NCBI GenBank assembly: GCA_947585665.1
Contig: CANPXE010000001.1
Span: 13,037-77,036, forward strand
DNA: 64,000 bases
Direction of reading: 5' to 3'
Source: an uncultured Bacilli bacterium
GTDB lineage: Bacteria; Bacillota_I; Bacilli_A; RF39; UBA660
Under the pieces are notes generated by a model, which was given only the letters and a program-made list of their open reading frames with translations, was not told where the DNA came from and ran no database searches. This document shows, piece by piece, positions 55,889-64,000 of the stretch. Both the position numbers and the translations under genes were made by a program. The first letter of the stretch is position 1. Each line of letters begins with the position of its first letter.

Positions 55889-56974
55889 TTACTCTTCCTC
55901 TTCAATTTGTAATTTATCCATTTCAACACCACTTATTTCACCAAAACGTTTAGTTATTTTTTCGGTTGTTATGTGGACATTTTCAACATCTTTGTTAACG
56001 GTTTGAATACTTTTAGCAAGGTGATCCCAACGTTCTTTATAACGTGAAAACTCTTGTCCTAATTTATTTAATTCTTGATGAATAATTGATGTGTACTTAT
56101 CACGTTCCATATTTTTAATAATCATTTGTACAACAGTTAGAGTTGAGATTAAAGTCGTTGGTGAAGTTATCCAAACATGTTTCTTATAAGCATAATCAAT
56201 AATATCTTGATGATATGCATTTACTTCGGCAAAAATAGCTTCAGCTGGTAAGAACATAATAGCTTGATCACTTGTTTCATCAGGAATTATATACTTACTA
56301 CTAATGGCATCAATATGTTTTTTCATATCACTTTTAAATAATTTTTCATATTTTTCACGTGCTTCTTGGGAATTCTTTTTATCAACCATCATCTGATAGT
56401 GTTCAAGGGGAAACTTAGAATCAATCGCTATTGTTCCTAAAGGTTCTGGTGCAAACAAAATAGAATCGGCAATTGTACCGTTTGATAACGTATATTGTAA
56501 GCGGTAAATTCTATCATTTTTCTCACCAAAAACATTACTCAAAATATGTTTTAAATTAATTTCACCAAAAATACCACGACTCTTCTTATCAGTTAAAACA
56601 CTTTGAAGCGAAACAATATCACTAGATAGTGTTTCAATTTTCTTTTGTGCTTCATCAATTTTTGATAAACGTTCCAAAATATTAGAAAAAGTCTTATTTG
56701 TCTTTTCAAAATTTTGATCAAGTCGTTCATTAACACGATCGTTTATGATATTTAATTTTCTCTCTATCTTTTCATTCATTTTATCAAAATTACCATCAAC
56801 ATCTTTATTTAAATCACTCTTAAAATCATTTACTTCTTTACTTATAGTAAATTCAAAGCGTCCAAGTCTTTCAACAATACTCGTCTCATCTTGTTTATTT
56901 TTTAATATTAAAACAATTAACACTACATTTATTAAGACAACAACTACTAATAAAACTAAAATCGCTAACTCCAT
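55889..56974 (-). CDS. rmuC: DNA recombination protein RmuC
   Basis: N-terminal TM and coiled coil, plus a conserved RmuC nuclease-like C-terminus (DSKFPLE..., MFLPAEAIF). Confidence 0.85.
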   Translation of the reverse strand: MELAILVLLVVVVLINVVLIVLILKNKQDETSIVERLGRFEFTISKEVNDFKSDLNKDVDGNFDKMNEKIERKLNIINDRVNERLDQNFEKTNKTFSNILERLSKIDEAQKKIETLSSDIVSLQSVLTDKKSRGIFGEINLKHILSNVFGEKNDRIYRLQYTLSNGTIADSILFAPEPLGTIAIDSKFPLEHYQMMVDKKNSQEAREKYEKLFKSDMKKHIDAISSKYIIPDETSDQAIMFLPAEAIFAEVNAYHQDIIDYAYKKHVWITSPTTLISTLTVVQMIIKNMERDKYTSIIHQELNKLGQEFSRYKERWDHLAKSIQTVNKDVENVHITTEKITKRFGEISGVEMDKLQIEEEE

Positions 56975-56982
56975 AAAAACAC

Positions 56983-57564
56983 CTACTCTATATTATACTT
57001 TTTAACAATTATTTTCGATACGACAAAAGCAATCGATAAAAGAAGACATACCGTAATAACCGTTGTTGCATCAGTAATACTCTCTATTAAACTAGTTCCA
57101 ATAAAACCCCAGAAATAAACAATGACTGTTTTCCCAATTAATAGAGCTAATAAAAACTTCTTAAAACTAACCTTAGCTATACCACAAGCAATATTAATCA
57201 TAAAAGCTGGCGAAAAAGGAAGAGCAACAATCAATACCAAATTAGAAAAATCAATCTTTTCAATAGCTCGTACGACTTTTTTTACTTTTGCATACTTATT
57301 TTTATTAATAATCTTTTCTAAACGATTTCCTATGAGATACCGAAAAAAAGAATAAGAAATGATACATCCACAAATTGTCGCTACCCAAGATATAATAAAA
57401 CCAAGAACATTACCATAAGCAGCCAAATTTAAAGCAATAAAAACAAAAAGTGGCAACCATGGTAAAATTGATTCTAAAACAATGATTGAAAAACCAAACC
57501 ATAATCCATACATTTGCATATATTGGACAGCATTATTTGTAATATTATTAAACAAGTCTAACAA
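56983..57564 (-). CDS. TVP38/TMEM64 (DedA-related SNARE-associated) family membrane protein
   Basis: 193 aa, polytopic, LPFSPAFMINIACG motif. Confidence 0.7.
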   Translation of the reverse strand: MLDLFNNITNNAVQYMQMYGLWFGFSIIVLESILPWLPLFVFIALNLAAYGNVLGFIISWVATICGCIISYSFFRYLIGNRLEKIINKNKYAKVKKVVRAIEKIDFSNLVLIVALPFSPAFMINIACGIAKVSFKKFLLALLIGKTVIVYFWGFIGTSLIESITDATTVITVCLLLSIAFVVSKIIVKKYNIE

Positions 57565-57700
57565 ATTAACACCTTCTTGAAAAATAATATTTATATTATT
57601 TACATTTTTAATTATAATATAAATGTTAAGTATAATAAAATAATAATTTCATAAATTGACAAACTTTACTTAATTTCATATACTCAAGTAGGTGATAATA

Positions 57701-58207
57701 ATGGAAGTAGTAATGTTATGTGCAAAAGTATTTTTTGTAAGGATTTTAGATGTAACACTAGGAACATTTAGAACGATTTTAACAGTTAAATCAAAGAAAT
57801 TACAAGCTAGTCTCATTGGCTTTTTTGAAGTCTTAGTATGGTTTTTAGTCGTACGAGAAGCACTTAATTCCGATATTGATAGTATTTGGGTAGCTGTTTT
57901 CTATTCTCTAGGGTTTGCAACAGGAACTTATCTTGGTGGAACCTTATCAGAGAAACTCATCAGTGGTAACTCAACACTACAAGTAATTACTAAAAATCGT
58001 AAAATAATTGATGTTATTAGTGGTAGTGGTTATGGCGTAACAGTAGTTGAAGCTAAAGGTTATAATGATTCTAAAAAATATATGTTAGTAATTGAAGTAA
58101 ATAATAAAAATATAGATGACGTCAAAGCTATCATTAAAAAACTTGATAAAGATGCCTTCATCGTTGTCACAGAAACAAAATTAGTTCATAATGGATATAT
58201 AAAATAG
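57701..58207 (+). CDS. UPF0316 family membrane protein (DUF5698 + DUF2179)
   Basis: FFVRILDVTLGTFRTILTVKSKK ... has a typical UPF0316 N-terminus. AGGTGA RBS. Confidence 0.7.
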   Translation: MEVVMLCAKVFFVRILDVTLGTFRTILTVKSKKLQASLIGFFEVLVWFLVVREALNSDIDSIWVAVFYSLGFATGTYLGGTLSEKLISGNSTLQVITKNRKIIDVISGSGYGVTVVEAKGYNDSKKYMLVIEVNNKNIDDVKAIIKKLDKDAFIVVTETKLVHNGYIK

Positions 58208-58215
58208 AGCGACTT

Positions 58216-58758
58216 TTAAAGTTGCTCTATTTTGTTTAAAATATAATCATAATCTTCTTGGTTATAAATACCACCACAATACTTACATTTACCAGAATTG
58301 TTGACATCAAGTGGTGAACCACAATGTGGACATCTACGAACAGTACCTTGTTCATCAACAAAAATATTTCTTACAAATTCCAAAGAGTATTTCACTTTTA
58401 CCCTTTCTTCTTCATTACCGCTTATTGTCTTTCCCGTTTTTAAATCAATTATATAATCTAAATATCTTGCTTCTAAACGGACTACTATTATATATTGACC
58501 ATATTCTTTGGCTATCAAATGTATTTTTGAATCTTTAACATTTAATTCATCATACATTTGTCTTTTATTTTCTTCTTTTAATCTATTTATTTTTTCTTTA
58601 TATTGATTATAGACCTCATCAGATATAAAATGATCGATTTCATCTAATTTGTCAAACATAACACTTGACAGCAATTTAACAAATATATTATTGGCTTTAC
58701 TTAAAAACAAACTACTATTAAAATTTTCATCTTCCATTTCCAATTCTTCAATCGTCAT
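58216..58758 (-). CDS. Tim44-like-domain protein with C-terminal zinc ribbon (soluble paralogue)
   Basis: FLSKANNIFVKLLSSVMFDKLDEIDHFISDEVY... (Tim44-like/SnoaL fold pattern) plus CPHCGSPLDVNNSGKCKYCG. Confidence 0.6.
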   Translation of the reverse strand: MTIEELEMEDENFNSSLFLSKANNIFVKLLSSVMFDKLDEIDHFISDEVYNQYKEKINRLKEENKRQMYDELNVKDSKIHLIAKEYGQYIIVVRLEARYLDYIIDLKTGKTISGNEEERVKVKYSLEFVRNIFVDEQGTVRRCPHCGSPLDVNNSGKCKYCGGIYNQEDYDYILNKIEQL

Positions 58759-59620
58759 TATAACCTCCATCAATTTGCTTTTTACTCAAAACAAATTCTT
58801 TTGAATCTTTTACAATTATACTACCACAATATTCACATCTTCCTGATGCATTAATATGAACTTCATTATTACAATTAGGACAATGAACTGTTTCACCTTG
58901 ATATAAACTACTCTTAACAAATTCCATAATATATTCATTTCTGATCTTAAACGCATTATCACCTTTTACAACTTCATTTGTATCAGTATTGATTATATAA
59001 TCAATGAAAGCAACACGCATATAAACTTCAACTATTATGTTATCATTTTCCTCTTTAATATTGGTTATTACAACATTTTCAGACCTAAAATCACTCATAA
59101 CATTTTGGCGATGTTTTAATTTTAGTACTTCCAATTGTTCTTTATACATATTATATAATTCATTAGTACATAATTTTTGAAGGGTTGGATAATCAAAATT
59201 CATCCAAGCATTTTGAATATCAACAAACTTTTGATATAACTCCAACTTTAAAACAGCAAGATCTCCAATTCCATAGCTTGCAGCAATTTCAGGAGAGATA
59301 TCAAAATATATTTCATTATATGGTGGAGAATATAGTCCATTTTTAACTCGCTTATAAAATACTATAAGAACACCTAAAAGACAACAGAAGACTATTCCAA
59401 GCGACAATTCAAGTAAAAATGAAAAAATAAATCCTGCCCCACCACCACTAGATGAAGAACTTGAATCATTGCTACTAGAAGAATATGAACTACTTGAAGA
59501 ACTACTAGATGAACTAGAACTAGAACCATAATCCGTATCAAATCCACTATCGGCTTTGGCAGGAACAAAAGCAAAGGAAAGGAACAAAATGATACTCAAT
59601 AAAAATATAAACTTTTTCAT
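58748..59620 (-). CDS. Membrane-anchored Tim44-like-domain protein with Ser-rich region and C-terminal zinc ribbon
   Basis: Signal peptide, poly-Ser tract, TM (FIFSFLLELSLGIVFCCLLGVLIVF), Tim44-like domain, CPNCNNEVHINASGRCEYCG. Confidence 0.6.
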   Translation of the reverse strand: MKKFIFLLSIILFLSFAFVPAKADSGFDTDYGSSSSSSSSSSSSSYSSSSNDSSSSSSGGGAGFIFSFLLELSLGIVFCCLLGVLIVFYKRVKNGLYSPPYNEIYFDISPEIAASYGIGDLAVLKLELYQKFVDIQNAWMNFDYPTLQKLCTNELYNMYKEQLEVLKLKHRQNVMSDFRSENVVITNIKEENDNIIVEVYMRVAFIDYIINTDTNEVVKGDNAFKIRNEYIMEFVKSSLYQGETVHCPNCNNEVHINASGRCEYCGSIIVKDSKEFVLSKKQIDGGYNDD

Positions 59621-59735
59621 ATTCATAACATTCACCACTATAATTAAAAGATAAATTAATCTAATGAGAAAAACAATATTTAGAAGATCTTTTTATTAAA
59701 AATTTACAAAAAAAGACATTTCTGTCTTTTTCTTT

Positions 59736-60029
59736 TTATCTTTTATTTTTATTCTTTAAATAACTATTGTAACCACCATCAACATTGACAACGTCATATC
59801 CTAAATCTAGTAATTCTAGAACACATCTAAGACTAATATTACCACTTTCACAAACAATATAATATGTTTCATTTTTATTTAAATATTCGCGGGGATTAGT
59901 AATTAAAAATAGATAAGGAATATTAACGGAATTAGGAATATTTCCTAAATTATATTTATAGTTATCTCTAATATCAATTATTTTAGGATTATCCAATTTA
60001 GATAAAGATAAAACATCTATACTCTTCAT
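59736..60029 (-). CDS. Rhodanese-like domain protein
   Basis: IIDIRDNYKY..GNIPNSVNIP ... YYIVCESGNISLRC has the active-site Cys loop. AGGAGG RBS. Confidence 0.75.
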   Translation of the reverse strand: MKSIDVLSLSKLDNPKIIDIRDNYKYNLGNIPNSVNIPYLFLITNPREYLNKNETYYIVCESGNISLRCVLELLDLGYDVVNVDGGYNSYLKNKNKR

Positions 60030-60084
60030 AAACACCTCCTAGATTATATTATGAAAAGTATGGATGTTGATAAATTTTATTAGT

Positions 60085-61674
60085 CTATTTATTAATCTTT
60101 TCTTCTAAATATGTATCATAATCAGTCATTCGATCAATTAGTCCATCATCAGTTAATTCAATGATACGATTAGCGGTTGTTTGGACAAATTGATGGTCAT
60201 GAGAAGAAAACAATAACTCACCATTAAAGCGCATTAAACCATTATTCAAAGAGGTAATACTTTCAAGATCCAAATGGTTCGTTGGTTCATCTAAAATAAT
60301 CAGGTTACTTCCTTCTAACATAATTTTAGATAACATGCAACGGTTCTTTTCACCACCACTTAGGACATTGACCTTTTTAAAAACTTCTTCACCGGAAAAG
60401 AGCATTCTTCCTAAAAAACTACGAAGTACTTGTTCATCATCAACTTTATGAAACTTTCCCATCCATTCCATAATTGACTCTTCGCCTTGAAAATATTCTG
60501 TATTATCTTGTGGCATATAAGACTTTGTGATGGTTTTCCCCCACTCGACTACACCACTATCAGGCACCTCTTCTCCCATTAATATTTTAAAGAGCGTAGT
60601 TTTCGCAATGTTATTAGTCCCAACAAAGGCAATTTTATCACCCTTCTGCATGATGAAACTGACATTGTTAAGAACTTTTTTACCATCAATGGTTTTAGAA
60701 ATATTTTTAACTGTCAATATTTCCTTACCACTTTCATGTTCTGGTTTAAAATCAATATAAGGATACTTTCTTGATGAGGGAACGATTTGTTCAAGTTCAA
60801 TCTTTTCAAGCATCTTTTTCCTACTAGTTGCTTGACGACTCTTTGATGCATTAGCCGCAAAACGGGCGATAAAAGATTGAAGTTCTTTTATCTTTTCCTC
60901 TTTTTTCTTATTTTGTTCCTTCATTTGTTTTAAGGCCAGTTGACTTGATTCATACCAAAAGTCATAATTACCAATATATAGTTTGATCTTACCATAATCG
61001 ATATCCGCAATATGTGTACAAACTTTATTTAAAAAGTGACGATCATGTGATACGACAATAACAGTATTATTAAAATTGATTAGGAACTCTTCTAACCAAG
61101 AAATAGCTTCAATATCTAAATTATTAGTAGGTTCATCAAGGAGTAAAATATCTGGATTACCAAAAAGAGCTTGAGCAAGTAAAACTTTTACTTTTTTATT
61201 ATTAGGTAATTCTTTCATTTGTAAATAGTGTAAATCAACATCTATTCCCAAATTATTTAATAGTTCACTTGCTTCACTTTCAGCTTCCCAACCATTTAGT
61301 TCCATAAATTCTGCTTCTAGTTCTCCAAGGCGCATTCCATCTTCATCAGTAAATTCAGTATGGGAATATAATTCTTCTTTTTCTTTCATAATTGAATACA
61401 AATGACTATTTCCCATAATGACCGTATCAATGACACGTTCTTCATCATATTCATAGTGATTTTGTTTTAGTACGGCAATTCGTTCTTGTTTATCGATGAT
61501 TACTTCACCATGAGTCGTTTCAATTTCGCCAGCTAAAACTTTCAAAAAAGTACTTTTTCCACTACCGTTCGCTCCAATCAAACCATAACAATTTCCAGGT
61601 GTAAATTTAATATTAACATCTTCAAAAAGCGTTCTTTTACCAAACTTTAAAGTTACGTTATTAACTTGTATCAT
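60085..61674 (-). CDS. ABC-F family ATPase (translation-factor type, no TM domain)
   Basis: Two ABC cassettes (GANGSGKST, LLLDEPTN; LSGGEKNR, LILDEPTNHLD) joined by a Lys/Glu-rich linker. Confidence 0.85.
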   Translation of the reverse strand: MIQVNNVTLKFGKRTLFEDVNIKFTPGNCYGLIGANGSGKSTFLKVLAGEIETTHGEVIIDKQERIAVLKQNHYEYDEERVIDTVIMGNSHLYSIMKEKEELYSHTEFTDEDGMRLGELEAEFMELNGWEAESEASELLNNLGIDVDLHYLQMKELPNNKKVKVLLAQALFGNPDILLLDEPTNNLDIEAISWLEEFLINFNNTVIVVSHDRHFLNKVCTHIADIDYGKIKLYIGNYDFWYESSQLALKQMKEQNKKKEEKIKELQSFIARFAANASKSRQATSRKKMLEKIELEQIVPSSRKYPYIDFKPEHESGKEILTVKNISKTIDGKKVLNNVSFIMQKGDKIAFVGTNNIAKTTLFKILMGEEVPDSGVVEWGKTITKSYMPQDNTEYFQGEESIMEWMGKFHKVDDEQVLRSFLGRMLFSGEEVFKKVNVLSGGEKNRCMLSKIMLEGSNLIILDEPTNHLDLESITSLNNGLMRFNGELLFSSHDHQFVQTTANRIIELTDDGLIDRMTDYDTYLEEKINK

Positions 61675-61713
61675 TTCATCACCTCAAGACTGTATATAAT
61701 TCTACTATAAAAC

Positions 61714-61741
61714 AAGAAAAAAGTCACTATTAAAGTGACTT
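61714..61741 (-). terminator. Terminator after feoB
   Basis: The minus strand reads AAGTCACT-TTAAT-AGTGACTT followed by TTTTCTTGTTTT. It overlaps the feoB stop. Confidence 0.7.
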
Positions 61742-63797
61742 AGACCAATCCTTTAAAAAGGATATTAATAATTAGACATATTAATAGACCAAAGAAAGTT
61801 GGAATAATACAAGATAGTAAGACACACCACCAAGAATTAGTTTCTTTTTTTATTGTAAGACAAGCTGTAGAACAAGGATAATGCATGATGAACATAATTA
61901 TTACGGAGATTGCTGTTAGAATGGTCCAACCATTATCAATTAATAAAGTTTTTAGTTCTAAAAGACTACTATAATCAACTAATGTTCCTGTATTTAAGTA
62001 TCCCATGAGCATAATTGGCATAATTATTTCATTAGCTGGAAAACCTAGAAGAAAAGCAATGACGATAACCCCATCTAAACCAAATAATCTTCCAAAAGGA
62101 TCAACAAAATTAATTAAATGTTGAAAAATACTCATTTCCCCAATATTTATATTAGCTAAAATCCAAATTAAGAATCCCGCGGGGATAGCAACTGTAATAG
62201 CACGAAATAAAACAAATAGCGTTCGATCAAAAATAGATGTAATAATGGTTTTAACAATTCGAGGTCGACGATATGGTGTAAGTTCTAAGATAAAGGAAGA
62301 AGGATATCCTGAAAAAAGAGTATTAGAAAGAAGCTTTGAAACTAAAAAAGTCATAAATACACCAAGTAAAACTAATAATAACAAAATTCCTGTGGAAAAA
62401 ATCAATGAAGAAAAATTATTACTTAAACCGACAAAGAACATCGTTATAATAGCAATTATCGTTGGAAACTTACCATTACAAGGAATAAAACTATTAGTAA
62501 GTATAGCAATTATTCTCTCACGTTTAGAATCAATTATTCTAGCACCCGTTATTCCCACACAATTACAACCAAAGCCCATTGCCATCGTAAGAGACTGTTT
62601 ACCACAAGAAGCACACTTTTTAAAAATACCATCTAAATTAAAAGCAATGCGCGGAAGATAGCCAAAGTCCTCTAAAAGTGTAAACAAAGGAAAAAAGATC
62701 ATCATTGGTGGTAACATGACACTAATTACCCATGTTGTAACTTTATAGACACCATTTATCAATAAATCAATTAAAGCTGGTGGCAAGTTAATATTGACTA
62801 ACCAATTGAATAGAACTTTTTCTAGTGAAGCAAAACAAGCAAATAACCATTCAGATGGATAATTACTAATTTTAATGGTAATGAGAAAGATTATTCCTAA
62901 AAACAATAACATAATAGGAATACCCCAAATCTTACTAATAAAGATTTTATCGAGATAACGCTCTTTAAAACTAACTCTCTCTTCCCTTACGACATCATCA
63001 TAAATGGAACTAGCTAAATCATTTAAAGTCCTAACGATAACATCATCTATTTCATCAAGACTAAAAGATAAATTCTTTTGTCCATTACTAATTATTTCTC
63101 TTAATTCAAAATCCATTATATCTCTATCTAATATAGTGTTAACTTTATTGATAATTGTTTTATCTTCGCGAAGAAGATTGATTGCTAACCAACGCTTATT
63201 AATGTTTAAGTCATATTTAGAAAGATAAGTACTAACTTTTTCAATAGCCTTTTCAAAATCTTCTGGATACTTTATAAAGATTTCATTAGAAAGACCTTTT
63301 TTCCCCTTATAATTAATGAGTTCATTCTTTAAATTAATTAATGATTTACGACTATGAGCACAACAAGTAATAACTTTAACACCTAGCTTTTGTTCTAGTT
63401 TTTTAGTATCAATAAAGATATTCTTTTTCTTTGCTTCATCAATTAAATTTAAACATAAAACAAGGTCACGCCCTATTTCTTTTAATTGTAAAACCAAGTT
63501 TAAATTACGAAGTAAAGACGAGGCATCACAGACAACAACATTATAGTCATATTCTTCAAAAATTAAAAAGTCACGAGCAAGCGTCTCTTCTTCTGAATGT
63601 GGCAATAACGAATAAGTACCTGGAAGATCATATATTTCATAACTTTTCTTTTTAGTTTTCATTATCCCTACTTTATTCTCAACTGTTTTTCCAGCCCAAT
63701 TACCAGTATGTTGTTTAGAATAAGTAAGATAATTAAAAATAGTACTCTTACCAACATTAGGATTTCCTGATAAGCCAATTCTTACTGTTTTCTTCAT
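61740..63797 (-). CDS. feoB: Ferrous iron transporter FeoB
   Basis: N-terminal G-domain (GNPNVGKST, DLPGTYS) plus a polytopic permease. 685 aa. Confidence 0.95.
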   Translation of the reverse strand: MKKTVRIGLSGNPNVGKSTIFNYLTYSKQHTGNWAGKTVENKVGIMKTKKKSYEIYDLPGTYSLLPHSEEETLARDFLIFEEYDYNVVVCDASSLLRNLNLVLQLKEIGRDLVLCLNLIDEAKKKNIFIDTKKLEQKLGVKVITCCAHSRKSLINLKNELINYKGKKGLSNEIFIKYPEDFEKAIEKVSTYLSKYDLNINKRWLAINLLREDKTIINKVNTILDRDIMDFELREIISNGQKNLSFSLDEIDDVIVRTLNDLASSIYDDVVREERVSFKERYLDKIFISKIWGIPIMLLFLGIIFLITIKISNYPSEWLFACFASLEKVLFNWLVNINLPPALIDLLINGVYKVTTWVISVMLPPMMIFFPLFTLLEDFGYLPRIAFNLDGIFKKCASCGKQSLTMAMGFGCNCVGITGARIIDSKRERIIAILTNSFIPCNGKFPTIIAIITMFFVGLSNNFSSLIFSTGILLLLVLLGVFMTFLVSKLLSNTLFSGYPSSFILELTPYRRPRIVKTIITSIFDRTLFVLFRAITVAIPAGFLIWILANINIGEMSIFQHLINFVDPFGRLFGLDGVIVIAFLLGFPANEIIMPIMLMGYLNTGTLVDYSSLLELKTLLIDNGWTILTAISVIIMFIMHYPCSTACLTIKKETNSWWCVLLSCIIPTFFGLLICLIINILFKGLV

Positions 63798-64000
63798 GCT
63801 TTTCTCACCAGAATATTTTCAGCATCCTCATCTCTTATTGCAATAAGGGAATTCCTAATCTCATATGCTCTTATTCCACCACTAACACTATTGTAAAGAG
63901 GTCTAACTCTAGTATTAAAACTAAGTCCAATATCCAAAAGTCTTCTCTTAATAGCGTCATTTGTAATTATTTTACAAACATAAGCATCTTCATCTATTAA
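63794..64000 (-). CDS. feoA: FeoA-family protein, C-terminal part (5' end outside window)
   Basis: My reverse translation gives ...KIITNDAIKRRLLDIGLSFNTRVRPLYNSVSGGIRAYEIRNSLIAIRDEDAENILVRKA*. The stop overlaps the feoB ATG (ATGA). Confidence 0.75.
   Translation of the reverse strand, partial: LIDEDAYVCKIITNDAIKRRLLDIGLSFNTRVRPLYNSVSGGIRAYEIRNSLIAIRDEDAENILVRKA

Overview
Strongly AT-rich Bacillota (Firmicutes) chromosomal segment, with most genes on the minus strand. Sporulation-associated genes (spoVS, yunB-like, yutH/CotS-like, yutD-like) point to a spore-forming lineage, but I cannot name the species. The housekeeping backbone includes efp, rpmG, a class B PBP, nfo, pflB-pflA, trpS, tex, rmuC, an ABC-F ATPase and feoAB. 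A 12-gene tRNA array lies on the minus strand at 25.5-26.7 kb. There are no rRNA genes, CRISPR arrays or prophage. Five accessory modules stand out. (1) 33.5-38.8 kb: a four-gene operon with two TasA/camelysin-like secreted proteins carrying SipW-type signal peptides, a SipW/Sec11-type signal peptidase fused to an ~8-TM domain, and a two-TM DUF5305-like protein. Its promoter carries a G8 tract inside the -35/-10 spacer, making it a phase-variation candidate. (2) 40.8-48.7 kb: a stripped-down type VIIb secretion locus with EssC and a YukD/EsaB-like protein but no WXG100, EssA, EssB or EsaA. It is followed by two paralogous candidate substrates sharing a W-H-[ST]-x-L-G-Y motif, one with perfect 99-bp tandem repeats. 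(3) 19.3-25.4 kb: an accessory patch next to the tRNA array with an intact IS3-family element, a BspA-type LRR protein, a membrane-anchored SGNH hydrolase, and an XRE regulator plus MvaI/BcnI-family restriction endonuclease with no methyltransferase. (4) 5.3-7.1 kb: an orphan two-pilin operon behind a consensus promoter. (5) 7.2-12.1 kb: an envelope glycopolymer cluster with a YfhO-GtrA fusion, a PIG-L deacetylase and LicD. All calls rest on motif recognition and my own reading of the sequence and ORF track. No database search was run.
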